A stretch of DNA of 64,000 nt from Thalassobaculaceae bacterium (GCA_965228875.1 OZ245843.1:1160616-1224615), one strand, 5' to 3'. Positions 1 through 10,540 are shown, numbered from the stretch's first letter. Program-made: numbers and translations. The notes: generated by a model from the sequence alone, not told the origin.

Positions 1-53
1 GCGTAAGGTCCGGCGCTCGACAATTCATCAACCGCCGACTCGGGAGACAACCG

Positions 54-956
54 ATGGGCTACGCATTCGGACAGCCGTTGTTCAAGGGATCACTCGTTGC
101 CTTGATCACGCCGTTCAAAGACGGCGCGGTGGATGAGGATGCGTTCCGAAAACTCGTGGACTGGCAGATCGAGCAGGGCACGCACGGCCTGATCCCGGTC
201 GGCACCACGGGTGAAAGCCCGACGCTCAGTCACGAAGAGCACAAGCGCGTCATCGAACTCTGCATTGAGCAGACTGCCGGCCGGGTGCCGGTCATCGCCG
301 GCGCCGGCTCGAACTCGACCCAGGAGGCGGTCGAGTTCACCCAGCACGCCGCCGATGCCGGCGCGGATGCCGTGCTGCACGTCACGCCGTACTACAACAA
401 GCCGACCCAGGAAGGCCTGTTTCGGCATTTTGAAGCGATCAACAACAGCGCCGATATCCCGATCATCATCTACAACATCCCCGGCCGGTCGATCGTCGAC
501 ATGTCGGTGGACACGATGAAGCGGTGCTACGAGCAGCTGAAGAACGTCGCCGGCGTGAAGGACGCGACCGCCGACCTGGTTCGCCCGATCAAACAGCGCA
601 TGGCCATGGGCGCCGACTTCTGTCAGCTCACCGGCGAGGATGCGTCGGTGATGCCGTTCCTGGCCCATGGCGGCCACGGGTGCATCTCGGTGACCGCGAA
701 CGTGGCGCCGAAGCAGCTCTCCGACATGCATGTGGCATGGCAGAACCGTGACCTGGACACCGCGTTCACCATCAACGAGCGGCTGCAGCCGCTGCATGCA
801 GCGCTGTTCTGCGAGACCAGCCCCGGGCCGGTGAAGTACGCCGCCAGCCTGCTCGGTCTGTGCGAGTCGACGGCGCGTCTGCCGATCTACGAGATCGCCG
901 ACGAGAGCAAGGCCAAGGTCGAGAGCGCCATGCGCCATGCCGGGCTGTTGAACTGA
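54..956 (+). CDS. dapA: 4-hydroxy-tetrahydrodipicolinate synthase
   Basis: GTTGES motif, PYYNKP, IYNIPGR, Schiff-base Lys in GVKDAT; GGGAG RBS. Confidence 0.97.
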   Translation: MGYAFGQPLFKGSLVALITPFKDGAVDEDAFRKLVDWQIEQGTHGLIPVGTTGESPTLSHEEHKRVIELCIEQTAGRVPVIAGAGSNSTQEAVEFTQHAADAGADAVLHVTPYYNKPTQEGLFRHFEAINNSADIPIIIYNIPGRSIVDMSVDTMKRCYEQLKNVAGVKDATADLVRPIKQRMAMGADFCQLTGEDASVMPFLAHGGHGCISVTANVAPKQLSDMHVAWQNRDLDTAFTINERLQPLHAALFCETSPGPVKYAASLLGLCESTARLPIYEIADESKAKVESAMRHAGLLN

Positions 957-989
957 CCACAGCCTTCCGCACCGTCGCGGACGCCTGCG

Positions 990-1015
990 CGGCCCGCCCT
1001 GACCGGGGCGGGCCG
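990..1015 (+). terminator. GC-rich hairpin after dapA (possible terminator)
   Basis: cggcccgccc / gggcgggccg 10-bp inverted repeat; weak U-tail. Confidence 0.45.
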
Positions 1016-1128
1016 TTGCCGTTCCGGGCCTCGGTTCGGTTCCCTGACCTGGCGCCCGACCGACCGCGCCCTCGACAACCGGGATGGGCTGCCTATATAC
1101 GCACGGCTGAGTTTGAGGAGAGAGCGCC

Positions 1129-1599
1129 ATGGCGGGGAAGCAGGGCGCCCGCAAAGAGGTTGCTCGCAACCGGCGGGCCCGACACGAGTACATGATCGAG
1201 GACACGCTTGAGGCCGGCCTGATGCTGACCGGCTCCGAGGTGAAGTCGCTGCGCGAGGGACGCGCGTCCATCAACGAGTCCTATGCCGGCGACGAGAAGG
1301 GCGACCTGGCCCTGATCAATGCCCATATTCCGGAGTACAAGCCGGCCGAGCCGTTCAATCACGCGCCGCGCCGGGTCCGCCGTCTGCTCGTCCACCGCAA
1401 GGAGCGCGACCGCTTGCTCGGGATGATCCGGCGCGACGGCTACACGCTGGTGCCGCTGTCGCTCTACTTCAACGATCGTGGCATCGCCAAGCTGGAGATC
1501 GGTCTGGCGCGCGGCAAGAAGATGGCCGACAAGCGCGAGGACGTGAAGAAGCGCGACTGGGAGCGCCAGAAGGCGAGGCTGATGCGCGAGAAGGGGTGA
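1129..1599 (+). CDS. smpB: SsrA-binding protein
   Basis: [27 protein letters not shown] motifs; GAGGAG RBS. Confidence 0.97.
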   Translation: MAGKQGARKEVARNRRARHEYMIEDTLEAGLMLTGSEVKSLREGRASINESYAGDEKGDLALINAHIPEYKPAEPFNHAPRRVRRLLVHRKERDRLLGMIRRDGYTLVPLSLYFNDRGIAKLEIGLARGKKMADKREDVKKRDWERQKARLMREKG

Positions 1600-1698
1600 G
1601 GTTTTGGTCGATGGGATCGGCCGCCGTGACCTGTTGCCCGATCCGGACCTTGCTATTGGGATCCGGACCGTCGGAAGCGCGCGCGGGGCAAATCAGGT

Positions 1699-2337
1699 TC
1701 ACCCCCTGTCCAGCAACTCCCGCACCCGGCGGAAAACGTCTTGGAACATCTCTTCGGTCAACCGGCCGGTGTTCGTGTTGTACCGCGAGCAGTGGTAGGA
1801 GCCGACCAGGACCCGGCCATCGCTGAGATCGTGAACGGCGTTGTGGCCGAACTTCGTCGCCGACTTCTTCAGCCCCAAGGCAGACAAGGTCGCGCCATGG
1901 GCGAGGGAGCCCAGGACAAGGATCACCTTCAGCCGGCCCATCTCCGACAGGGTTTCCTGCAGGAACGGGCGGCAGGCGTTGACCTCGGCGCCGACCGGTT
2001 TGTTCTGCGGCGGCACGCAGCGCACGGCGTTGGTGATCCGGCAGTCGACCAGCGACAGCCCGTCATCGGCGCGCTTGTCGTAGGCCCCCCGGGCGAAGCC
2101 GAAGCGGACCAGGGTGTCGTAGAGCAGGTCGCCGGCATAGTCGCCGGTGAAGGGGCGCCCGGTCCGGTTCGCCCCCTTGAGGCCGGGCGCCATGCCGACG
2201 ATCAGAAGCCGTGCGTCCGGGCGGCCGAAACTGGCTACCGGCGCGTTGTGGAAGTCGGGGTACAGCCGCGCGTTCTCCGTGCGGAAATCGGTAAGCCGCG
2301 GGCAGAGCGCGCAGTCGAGCGGCGGGTCGCTGTGCAT
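1699..2337 (-). CDS. Uracil-DNA glycosylase, Fe-S type (family 5-like)
   Basis: CxxCPRL, GMAPGLKGANRTGRPFTGD, VRCVPPQNKP, HCSRYN; start moved to MHSDPP ATG. Confidence 0.9.
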   Translation of the reverse strand: MHSDPPLDCALCPRLTDFRTENARLYPDFHNAPVASFGRPDARLLIVGMAPGLKGANRTGRPFTGDYAGDLLYDTLVRFGFARGAYDKRADDGLSLVDCRITNAVRCVPPQNKPVGAEVNACRPFLQETLSEMGRLKVILVLGSLAHGATLSALGLKKSATKFGHNAVHDLSDGRVLVGSYHCSRYNTNTGRLTEEMFQDVFRRVRELLDRG

Positions 2338-2362
2338 CGAAGGTGGCGCAGGCCGGCCGCGG

Positions 2363-3043
2363 TCAGTCGCGCCGGCGCGTCGGGGTCCGGCGGACCACTG
2401 CCGGCGGCTCGTCCTCGTAGTCGTCGTCGCCGTAATCGTCGTCGAGGTCGTCATCGGCATCGGCCGGCGCGGCATTCGGGGCACCCGGTCGTTCCCGGCG
2501 CGGGCCGCGATCGGAATGGACCCGTTCGATCTGGTTGGCGAGTTGGTCGAGCTCGATGAACTGGTCGGCCTGACGACGCAGTTCGTCGGCGATCATCGGT
2601 GGCTGGGTTCGGATCGACGAGACGACAGAGGCCCGCACGCCCTTACGCTGCACCGCCTCGACCAGGGAGCGGAAGTCGCCGTCGCCGGAGAACAGGACGA
2701 CGTGATCGACCCGGTCGACGATCTCCATCATGTCGACCGCGAGTTCGATGTCCATGTTGCCCTTCACCTTGCGGCGGCCGGCGCTGTCGGTGAACTCCTT
2801 GGCCGGCTTGGTGACCAGGGTATACCCGTTGTAATCCAGCCAATCGACCAACGGGCGGATTGGAGAATATTCCTGATCCTCGAGCAGGGCGGTGTAGTAG
2901 AAGGCGCGGATCAGGCGCGCCTTGCCGGCGAACAGGTCCAGCAGGCGCTTGTAGTCGATATCGAAGCCGAGCGAGCGGGCGGCGGAGTAAAGGTTGGCAC
3001 CGTCGATGAACAGCGCTATGCGTTCGCCTGGATGGAAAAACAT
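2363..3043 (-). CDS. NYN domain protein (LabA/DUF88)
   Basis: FIDGANLY, KGNMDIELAVD, LFSGDGDF motifs; acidic tail. Confidence 0.92.
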   Translation of the reverse strand: MFFHPGERIALFIDGANLYSAARSLGFDIDYKRLLDLFAGKARLIRAFYYTALLEDQEYSPIRPLVDWLDYNGYTLVTKPAKEFTDSAGRRKVKGNMDIELAVDMMEIVDRVDHVVLFSGDGDFRSLVEAVQRKGVRASVVSSIRTQPPMIADELRRQADQFIELDQLANQIERVHSDRGPRRERPGAPNAAPADADDDLDDDYGDDDYEDEPPAVVRRTPTRRRD

Positions 3044-3260
3044 ATGCAATCCTTTCAATTGCTTTTGATGAATTCTTTAAGTGAATTCTCCGAGGTTCGT
3101 CGGGTGGCTCTACAATACGGGGCGCCGGTCGCGAACGGTGGTCAGTCTAGGTCCGAACACGGGCCGATGTACAGGCCAAAGGCCTGACGGGAAGGCGGGT
3201 GCGCATGGGCTTCGGGTGGTCGTGGAATGCCGGAATTCCGGTCCTGGTGCGGGGAGCGCG

Positions 3261-3758
3261 ATGATCGTCGTCGCCATCGGCGCCAATCTTGCCGCATCCG
3301 GATTCAGGGACCCGCTCTCGACCTGCGAGGCGGCGGTCGAGCGGCTGGACCGGGAGACCGACATCACCGTGGTCCGCAGGTCGCGCTGGTACGAGTCGGA
3401 ACCCGTTCCCAGGTCCGATCAGCCCTGGTACGTCAACGGCGCCGTCGCCGTGGAAACCGATCTGCTGCCCGACGTACTGCTGGCCCGGCTGCACGACATC
3501 GAGGGAACGTTCGGACGGGTCCGCAGGATCCGCAACGAGGCGCGACCGCTCGACCTCGACCTGATCGACTACAATGGCGTGCTGCGGGTCGGCGCCATTT
3601 CGCCCACGTTGCCGCATCCGCGGGCCGCGGAACGGGCGTTCGTCCTGCTGCCGCTGCGCGACCTGGATCCCGACTGGCGTCACCCGGTCACGGGCGCCGA
3701 CATCGCGAGCCTGATCGCCGCGCTGCCGACCGACGGTGGCGAGATCCGGGCCCTGTGA
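3261..3758 (+). CDS. folK: 2-amino-4-hydroxy-6-hydroxymethyldihydropteridine diphosphokinase
   Basis: AIGANL, RPLDLDLID, PHPRAAERAFVL; GGGGAG RBS before ATG 3261. Confidence 0.95.
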   Translation: MIVVAIGANLAASGFRDPLSTCEAAVERLDRETDITVVRRSRWYESEPVPRSDQPWYVNGAVAVETDLLPDVLLARLHDIEGTFGRVRRIRNEARPLDLDLIDYNGVLRVGAISPTLPHPRAAERAFVLLPLRDLDPDWRHPVTGADIASLIAALPTDGGEIRAL

Positions 3759-3863
3759 CGGCGGGTTCCGGTCGGCTCGGATCGGCGCTTGTTTCGCAGG
3801 CGCGAGAGCGATATATTCCGCGGCTCCGCCAGATCCCGTGCGCACCCGACCGAGAGGCTTTTC

Positions 3864-4295
3864 ATGGCCCGCGTTACCGTTGAAGACTGCATCGTCAAGA
3901 TCCCGAACCGGTTCGAGCTGGTGATGGCCGCCGCCCAGCGCTCGCGCGACATCTCCTCCGGGTCGTCCATCACCGTCGACCGCGACAACGACAAGAACCC
4001 CGTCATCGCGCTGCGCGAGATCGCCGACGAGACCGTCGACATCGACGCCCTGAACGAGGCTCTGGTGAAGGGCCTTCAGAAGCATGTCGAGGTCGACGAG
4101 CCCGAGGACGACGACATGGAACGGCTGATCGGCTCCGACGCCGGCGCCGGCAGTGCCGGGCTGGACGGCCGGCTCGCGGAAGGCGAAACTCTTGGTGAGG
4201 ATGCGGCGGCAACTCTCGGCATGGGGATCGAACAGAGTGACGGCGGCCAACAGTTCGAGGATGTCGACGCGGGCGAGCTCGACCGCGAGGGGTGA
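3864..4295 (+). CDS. rpoZ: RNA polymerase omega subunit with acidic C-terminal extension
   Basis: [31 protein letters not shown]. Confidence 0.96.
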   Translation: MARVTVEDCIVKIPNRFELVMAAAQRSRDISSGSSITVDRDNDKNPVIALREIADETVDIDALNEALVKGLQKHVEVDEPEDDDMERLIGSDAGAGSAGLDGRLAEGETLGEDAAATLGMGIEQSDGGQQFEDVDAGELDREG

Positions 4296-4369
4296 TCCGG
4301 CGCGGTGCGGGCGTGCCCGTGATGCCGGCGCCGCTGCCCCCGTCAGTATCCCGGTGAGGTGCTGACACT

Positions 4370-6514
4370 GTGATCCGCCAATACGAACTCGTCGAGCGCG
4401 TCCGCGCCTACGATCCCTCGACGGATGAGGCGGCGCTCGACCGCGCCTACGTTTATGCGATGAAGATGCACGGCTCGCAGACGCGAGCCTCGGGCGACCC
4501 GTACTTCTCCCATCCGCTTGAAGTCGCCGGTATCCTGACCGAGATGAAACTCGATCACGGCACGGTCATCACGGCCCTGCTGCACGACGTGATCGAGGAT
4601 ACCGAGGCGACGCTGGACGATGTCCGTACGCTGTTCGGCGACGAGATCGCGCGGCTGGTGGACGGTGTCACGAAGCTGACCCGGATCGAGCTGCAGTCCG
4701 ACCGTACCAAGCAGGCTGAGAATTTCCGCAAGCTCGTGTTGGCCATGAGCCAGGACATCCGTGTCCTCCTGGTCAAGCTTGCGGACCGGGTGCACAACAT
4801 GCGCACCCTTCATTTCATCAAGAATCCCGATAAGCGCCGCCGCATCGCCGCCGAGACCATGGACATCTACGCCCCGCTGGCGGCGCGGATCGGCATCAAC
4901 GAGATCAAGGACGAACTCGAGGATCTGGCGTTCTCGGAGATCAATCCGGACGCGCGCGCCTCGATCAAGGCCCGGCTCGACTATCTGCGCAGCGAAGGCG
5001 GCGACATGGTCGAGCGGATCATCGACGAGCTGAAGGCGAAACTCGCCGACGCCGGTGTCGAGGCCGAGGTCTCCGGGCGGATGAAGACGCCCTATTCGAT
5101 CTGGCAGAAGATGCAGCGCAAGGAGGTCGGGATCGAGCAACTGTCCGACATCATGGCGTTTCGTCTGGTCGTCGCGGACATCGGTGCCTGCTACCAGTGT
5201 CTCGGCGTTCTGCACGGCACCTATCCGGTGGTCCCCGGCCGTTTCAAGGACTACCTGTCCACGCCGAAACCGAACGGTTACCGATCTCTTCATACGGGCG
5301 TGATCGGCCCGCACCGCCAGCGGATCGAGGTGCAGATCCGCACCCGCGAGATGCACGATATCGCCGAACTCGGCGTGGCCGCGCACTGGAACTACAAGCA
5401 ACGCGAGGCCGTCAACGAGGGTAAGCAGTACCGCTGGATCAGGGAACTCCTGGACATCCTGGAGCAGACGTCCGGGCCGGAGGAGTTTCTCGAGCACACC
5501 AAGCTCGAGATGTATCAGGATCAGGTGTTCTGCTTCACGCCCAAGGGCGACCTGATCGCATTGCCGCAGGGCGCCGTGCCGATCGATTTCGCCTATGCGG
5601 TTCACTCCGAGGTCGGCGACCGCTGCGTCGGGGCCAAGTTGAACGGCAGGCTGGTGCCGCTGATGACCCAGCTGCGCAACGGCGACCAGGTCGAGATCGT
5701 CACCTCGAAGACCTCGACGCCGTCGCCCAACTGGGATCAGATCGTCGTCACGGGGAAGGCCAAGGCGCGGATCCGCCGCTTCGTGCGCCTCAAGCGGCGT
5801 CAGCAGTTCTCCGATCTCGGCAAGGCGATGCTGCAGAAGGCGTTCCGTCAGGAAGGCCATCCGTTCTCCGAGAAGCCGCTGGAGCCGCTTCTGAACCGCT
5901 TCCATTCCGAGGCGGTCGAGGATCTCTACGCCGCGATAGGCGAGGGGCTGGAGAGCGCCCTCGAGGTGGTCCACGCCGTTCACCCGCCGGCTCCGGAGCC
6001 GAAGAAGGACGAAAACGTCGTTCCGATCGCCCGGGCCCGAGGCCGCTCCCGGAAGAGCAAGAACAAGGACGCGCTGCCGATCCGCGGGCTGATCGACGGC
6101 ATGGCCATGCATTTCGCCCGGTGCTGCCATCCACTGCCCGGCGAGCGGATCGTCGGCATCGTCACCACCGGCAAGGGCGTCACCATCCACACCATCGACT
6201 GTGAGGTGCTGGAGGGGTTCCAGGAGCAGCCGGAGCGCTGGCTCGACGTCGCGTGGGACGAGGAAGCCGAGTCGGCCCATGTCGGCCGGCTCGACGTGGT
6301 GATCGCCAACGAGCCCGGCAGCCTGGGCTCGCTTTCGACGGTGATCGGCAAGAACGGCGGCAACATCATGAACCTGAAGATCGTCAACCGCTCGATCGAT
6401 TTCTTCGAGATGCTGATCGATGTCGAGGTCGCCGACGTGCGCCATCTGACGACCATCATCGCCGCGCTCAGGGCCACGCCGGTCATCAATTCCGTCGACC
6501 GGGCGCGGGGCTGA
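4370..6514 (+). CDS. spoT: Bifunctional (p)ppGpp synthetase/hydrolase (long RSH)
   Basis: HD hydrolase (ALLHDVIED), synthetase (RFKDY, YRSLHT, EVQIRT), TGS, CCHP, ACT; GTG start; follows rpoZ. Confidence 0.97.
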   Translation: MIRQYELVERVRAYDPSTDEAALDRAYVYAMKMHGSQTRASGDPYFSHPLEVAGILTEMKLDHGTVITALLHDVIEDTEATLDDVRTLFGDEIARLVDGVTKLTRIELQSDRTKQAENFRKLVLAMSQDIRVLLVKLADRVHNMRTLHFIKNPDKRRRIAAETMDIYAPLAARIGINEIKDELEDLAFSEINPDARASIKARLDYLRSEGGDMVERIIDELKAKLADAGVEAEVSGRMKTPYSIWQKMQRKEVGIEQLSDIMAFRLVVADIGACYQCLGVLHGTYPVVPGRFKDYLSTPKPNGYRSLHTGVIGPHRQRIEVQIRTREMHDIAELGVAAHWNYKQREAVNEGKQYRWIRELLDILEQTSGPEEFLEHTKLEMYQDQVFCFTPKGDLIALPQGAVPIDFAYAVHSEVGDRCVGAKLNGRLVPLMTQLRNGDQVEIVTSKTSTPSPNWDQIVVTGKAKARIRRFVRLKRRQQFSDLGKAMLQKAFRQEGHPFSEKPLEPLLNRFHSEAVEDLYAAIGEGLESALEVVHAVHPPAPEPKKDENVVPIARARGRSRKSKNKDALPIRGLIDGMAMHFARCCHPLPGERIVGIVTTGKGVTIHTIDCEVLEGFQEQPERWLDVAWDEEAESAHVGRLDVVIANEPGSLGSLSTVIGKNGGNIMNLKIVNRSIDFFEMLIDVEVADVRHLTTIIAALRATPVINSVDRARG

Positions 6515-6524
6515 GGCCGCGACC

Positions 6525-6989
6525 ATGATCCTGGGCATCGGAGCCGACCTCGTCGACACCCGCCGGATCGGCGCGGCACTTGAGCGTTTCGGCGACCGGT
6601 TCCGCAACCGCTGCTTCGTCGAGCGCGAGATCGAACGTGCCGAGCGCGCCGCCGACCCGACCCTCGTCTATGCCAAGCGCTACGCCGCCAAGGAGGCGAT
6701 CTGGAAGGCTCTCGGCGACGATCTGCGCGACGGGATCAAGTGGCGCGAACTCGTCGTGGAGAACGCCCGCTCGGGCAAGCCCCAGGTGGTGTTGAGCGGT
6801 CAGGCGGCCGCGCATCTCGCGGCGCTCACGCCTGAAGGCATGGTCGCCCGCATCGACCTCTCGCTCTCGGACGAGCCGCCCTTTGCCCAGGCGTTCGTCG
6901 TCGTATCGGCGGCCCCCGCGGAGTACGAGGCCCGGCGGGTGCGGCCCGGCGAGCCGTCGGTCTCAGCCGAGCGGAACGGGTCGGCCTGA
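6525..6989 (+). CDS. acpS: Holo-[acyl-carrier-protein] synthase
   Basis: GIGADLV, YAKRYAAKEA, SGKP, LSLSD motifs. Confidence 0.94.
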   Translation: MILGIGADLVDTRRIGAALERFGDRFRNRCFVEREIERAERAADPTLVYAKRYAAKEAIWKALGDDLRDGIKWRELVVENARSGKPQVVLSGQAAAHLAALTPEGMVARIDLSLSDEPPFAQAFVVVSAAPAEYEARRVRPGEPSVSAERNGSA

Positions 6990-7961
6990 CTCCGGCGACC
7001 AGCGCCAGCCCCGGTCTCCGGCCCGGATCTCCAGGCCGCCCACCCAGCGCGTCGGCGCTCCGCACTCTCCCCAATCGATCCGCTGCGCCAGGAGGCCGCG
7101 TCCCACCTCGGTCAGGGTGAGGTCGCGGTCCGGCCAGGGAACCGAGGCATCCGCGACGCGGAACGGCGGTCGGTCGGCGGCCGCCATGTCCCTGAGATCG
7201 GCCCACAGCATCAGATCGCCGAGGAACGGCAGCGGCTCGGTCTTGTCGTGCAGCCGACGGAACATGGCGCTACCGGTCCTGAACCCCTCCGCGATCGCCT
7301 GAAGAACCAGACGCTGGGTGAGCGACAGGCCGTCGCCGACCCATGGCAACTCCTGCAGGTGCCGGAGTAGGGCCGGCCCCATCTGCGGGATCGTGTTGTC
7401 GGCTCGGGTCGCGATGTCGAACAGTGCGGATGGATCGGGCAGGCGCACGGTCGCCCAGACGCGGCGGCCGAGGTCGAGGTCCGCCGCGCCGATCGGGCGA
7501 CGGGTGTGCCAGAGTGCCCGCAGTGCGTCCGGTGGCAGAATGCTGAGGCCGACAAAGCGGTCGATACCGGGGTAGCTGTCGACGATCACCGCTTCAAGAT
7601 GGCGGGGCCGGACGCCCTCGGCGAACGCGGCAAGCAGGCGTGCGAGGATGAGCTGGTCGTAGCTGTCGTGTTCGAACCACAGGACCGCGCGCTCGGTCTC
7701 TCGCGCCCGGTCGATACCGGCCTCGGCCTGCGCCAGTTGCGTTGCGACCTCGTCGATGGGCAGACCGTAGTCGTCGGCAATGAACCGGCAGCGGATGTCG
7801 TTCAGGTTCCCCCCGTCGGGAACCGGGCCGCGGCACAGCGGGTCCGAGTATTCAAGGAACGCCCCCTCGAAGCCGGCCGACCGAAGGGCCTCGCGGATGT
7901 CGGAGCCACATCTGATGTGGAGGGTGTCAAGATCGCCGTCCGGGCTGCGGGAGGGAGTCAT
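6963..7961 (-). CDS. DUF1835-like protein
   Basis: LHIRCGSD, DPLCRGPV, VLWFEHDSYDQL, FLGD, RWVGG motifs. Confidence 0.75.
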   Translation of the reverse strand: MTPSRSPDGDLDTLHIRCGSDIREALRSAGFEGAFLEYSDPLCRGPVPDGGNLNDIRCRFIADDYGLPIDEVATQLAQAEAGIDRARETERAVLWFEHDSYDQLILARLLAAFAEGVRPRHLEAVIVDSYPGIDRFVGLSILPPDALRALWHTRRPIGAADLDLGRRVWATVRLPDPSALFDIATRADNTIPQMGPALLRHLQELPWVGDGLSLTQRLVLQAIAEGFRTGSAMFRRLHDKTEPLPFLGDLMLWADLRDMAAADRPPFRVADASVPWPDRDLTLTEVGRGLLAQRIDWGECGAPTRWVGGLEIRAGDRGWRWSPESGRPVPLG

Positions 7962-8139
7962 GGTCTGCACCTGTACCTGCGAACGTGGCTGACGCTACGC
8001 AAGACCAAGGCGCGCGGCAACCGCGGTGGCGTAGTCCGGGGCGCGGTCTGGCTTGTGCCGGGACGCCAAATTCGGCATACCGACCCAGACCCTTGTGTGC
8101 GGACGGGGGAGTCGAGGTTTTGTCAGGATAGGATGGTCG

Positions 8140-8868
8140 ATGGCTCAGAAGAAATCGGGCGGGTACGGTGAGTTGATCCGCACCGTGGTGATCGCCTGCG
8201 CCATCGCGCTCGGCATTCGTACGTTTCTCTATGAGCCGTTCAACATTCCTTCCGGGTCGATGATCCCGACCCTTCTGGTCGGCGACTACCTGTTCGTCTC
8301 CAAGCTGTCATATGGTTACAGCCGGTATTCGATGCCGCTGTCCGTGCCGCTGATTCCCGGACGCATCCTGTTCACCCCGCCCGAACGCGGCGACGTGGTG
8401 GTCTTCAAGCTGCCGAGCGACAACAGCACGGACTACATCAAACGCATCGTCGGCCTTCCCGGTGAGACGGTGCAGGTGAAGGACGGCATCCTGCACATCG
8501 ACGGCAAGCCGGTTCAGCGCCGCCAGATCGAGGACTTCCGCCCCGATTCCGGCACCCGCAGCATTCCCCAGTTCATCGAGACGCTGCCCGAAGGGCGCGA
8601 GCATCGCATCCTCGAACTCGGCGATCGGATGGCAGCCGACAACACGCCCGTCTACCACGTACCCGAAGGCCACTACTTCGCCATGGGCGACAACCGCGAC
8701 AATTCCCGCGACAGCCGGTTTCCGGAGGTCGGCATGATCCCGGCGGAGAACCTGGTCGGCCGCGCCGAGGTTCTGTTCTACTCGACCGACGGCAGCGCAT
8801 CCTGGCTGGAATTCTGGAAATGGCCGTTCGCCGTGCGCTATGGACGGCTGCTGGACGCCATCGAATGA
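8140..8868 (+). CDS. lepB: Signal peptidase I
   Basis: IPSGSMIPTL (Ser), YIKRIVG (Lys), GDNRDNSRDSR. Confidence 0.97.
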   Translation: MAQKKSGGYGELIRTVVIACAIALGIRTFLYEPFNIPSGSMIPTLLVGDYLFVSKLSYGYSRYSMPLSVPLIPGRILFTPPERGDVVVFKLPSDNSTDYIKRIVGLPGETVQVKDGILHIDGKPVQRRQIEDFRPDSGTRSIPQFIETLPEGREHRILELGDRMAADNTPVYHVPEGHYFAMGDNRDNSRDSRFPEVGMIPAENLVGRAEVLFYSTDGSASWLEFWKWPFAVRYGRLLDAIE

Positions 8869-9548
8869 CCACCGACGACGCAGACCTCGCGGCGCTGGCG
8901 GCGATCCTCGACCACCGCTTCACCCATATCGAGGTGCTGCGCCGCGCCGTCACCCACGCCAGCGCCGAGCCCCGCGCGTGGAACGCCTACGAGCGGCTTG
9001 AGTTTCTCGGCGATCGGGTCCTGGCCCTGATCGTGGCCGAGCAGCTTCTCGACCGCTTTCCGCATGAGCGCGAGGGGGCGATCGCCAAACGGCACGTCAA
9101 CCTGGTGCGGCGAGAGGCGCTGGCGCAGGTGGCGCGGACCATCGGTCTCGGGCGTTTCCTGATTCTGTCGCGCGGCGAGGAGGAGGCCGGATCGCGCGAC
9201 AGCGACACGATCCTGTCCGACGCGATGGAGGCGGTGATCGGGGCGCTCTACCTCGACGGCGGCATTGAGGCGGCCCGTCGGTTCATTCTGACGGAATGGA
9301 ACCGGCTCCTCGAACTCGACCTGCGTCCGCCGCAGGACCCGAAGACGACGCTTCAGGAATGGGCCCAGGGTCGGAAGCTGGCGCTGCCGCGCTATGTGAC
9401 GGTGTCCCAGTCCGGGCCGGCCCACGCGCCGGAGTTCACGGTGCAGGTCATCGTCGAAGGTCAAAGCCCGACAACCGGTGTCGGTCGTTCCAAGCGGCTG
9501 GCCGAGCAGGCCGCGGCCGCAGATCTAATCAAAAGGGTGGGCGCATGA
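8865..9548 (+). CDS. rnc: Ribonuclease III
   Basis: ERLEFLGD signature, dsRBD (DPKTTLQEW); ATGA overlap with lepB. Confidence 0.97.
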   Translation: MTTDDADLAALAAILDHRFTHIEVLRRAVTHASAEPRAWNAYERLEFLGDRVLALIVAEQLLDRFPHEREGAIAKRHVNLVRREALAQVARTIGLGRFLILSRGEEEAGSRDSDTILSDAMEAVIGALYLDGGIEAARRFILTEWNRLLELDLRPPQDPKTTLQEWAQGRKLALPRYVTVSQSGPAHAPEFTVQVIVEGQSPTTGVGRSKRLAEQAAAADLIKRVGA

Positions 9549-10447
9549 CCTCGCCTCGGACGCAGTGTGGTTTCGTTGCCCTTCTCGGGGCGCCGAACGC
9601 CGGCAAGTCGACCCTGGTGAATCAATTGGTCGGGGCCAAGGTCTCGATCGTCACCCACAAGGTGCAGACCACCCGCACGCGCATTCGCGGCATCGCGATC
9701 GAAGGCGATGCGCAGATCGTGCTCGTCGATACACCGGGCATCTTCAAGCCGAAACGGCGGCTCGACCGGGCCATGGTGCATGCCGCCTGGGCCGGGGCCG
9801 GAGACGCCGACGTGGTGGTCGTGGTCGCCGACGCCCGGATCGGGCTCGACGACGATACGCTGCGGATTGTCGAAGGTCTGAAGGAGGCGGGGCGGCCCGC
9901 GGTCCTCGCCCTGAACAAGGTCGACGACATCAAGCGCGAACGGCTGCTTCCGGTCGCGGCCGCGTTCGGCGAGGTCTTTTCCTTCGAGCGGGTCTTCATG
10001 ATCTCGGCGCTCAACGGCAGCGGCTGCGACGATCTGCGCGCCTATCTCGCCGAGCGTATGCCGGCCAGTCCCTGGCTCTACCCCGAAGACGAGCTCAGCG
10101 ACCTGCCGATGCGGCTGATGGCGGCGGAGGTGACCCGCGAGAAGGTTTTCCTCCAGTTGCATGACGAGCTCCCGTACTCGGCGACGGTGGAGACCGACCA
10201 GTGGACCGAGCGGGCGGACGGGTCGGTGCGGATCGACCAGACCCTCTACGTCGAACGCGACAGCCAGAAGAAGATCGCGCTCGGCAAGGGCGGCCGGAAG
10301 ATCCGCGAGATCGGCTCCGAGGCCCGTGTCGAGCTTGAGGAGATGCTGGAGCGGCGCGTCCACCTGTTCCTGTTCGTCAAGGTCCGCGAGAACTGGCAGG
10401 AGGACCGCCGGCGCCTGCGCGAGTGGGGCCTGGAGTGGAACGTTTAG
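9545..10447 (+). CDS. era: GTPase Era
   Basis: GAPNAGKS, DTPG, NKVD, KH domain; ATGA overlap with rnc. Confidence 0.97.
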   Translation: MTSPRTQCGFVALLGAPNAGKSTLVNQLVGAKVSIVTHKVQTTRTRIRGIAIEGDAQIVLVDTPGIFKPKRRLDRAMVHAAWAGAGDADVVVVVADARIGLDDDTLRIVEGLKEAGRPAVLALNKVDDIKRERLLPVAAAFGEVFSFERVFMISALNGSGCDDLRAYLAERMPASPWLYPEDELSDLPMRLMAAEVTREKVFLQLHDELPYSATVETDQWTERADGSVRIDQTLYVERDSQKKIALGKGGRKIREIGSEARVELEEMLERRVHLFLFVKVRENWQEDRRRLREWGLEWNV

Positions 10448-10540
10448 AGCGCGATCGCTTCAGATCGAACCGATCTGAGCCGTGAAACGCCCTCTAAGCC
10501 ATTGCAGATAAATAGAATCACGGCGACCTGAGGTGGCCGT
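10444..10540. repeat. Palindromic element resembling alphaproteobacterial short interspersed repeats
   Basis: TTAGAG...CTCTAA ends enclosing tcagatcg-aac-cgatctga, AT-rich spacer, second hairpin acggc..gccgt; only one copy seen in window. Confidence 0.5.

Noticed and set aside
1600..1698. gatccggacc x2 within an imperfect hairpin after smpB; possible tmRNA
   Set aside because: Too short, with no tmRNA tRNA-like ends or tag peptide
4343..6607. 754-aa antisense ORF opposite spoT, and many similar long antisense or shifted ORFs (e.g. 47737-50562, 35268-38183, 38726-41608)
   Set aside because: Shadow ORFs expected from GC-rich codon bias; no motifs; overlap well-supported genes
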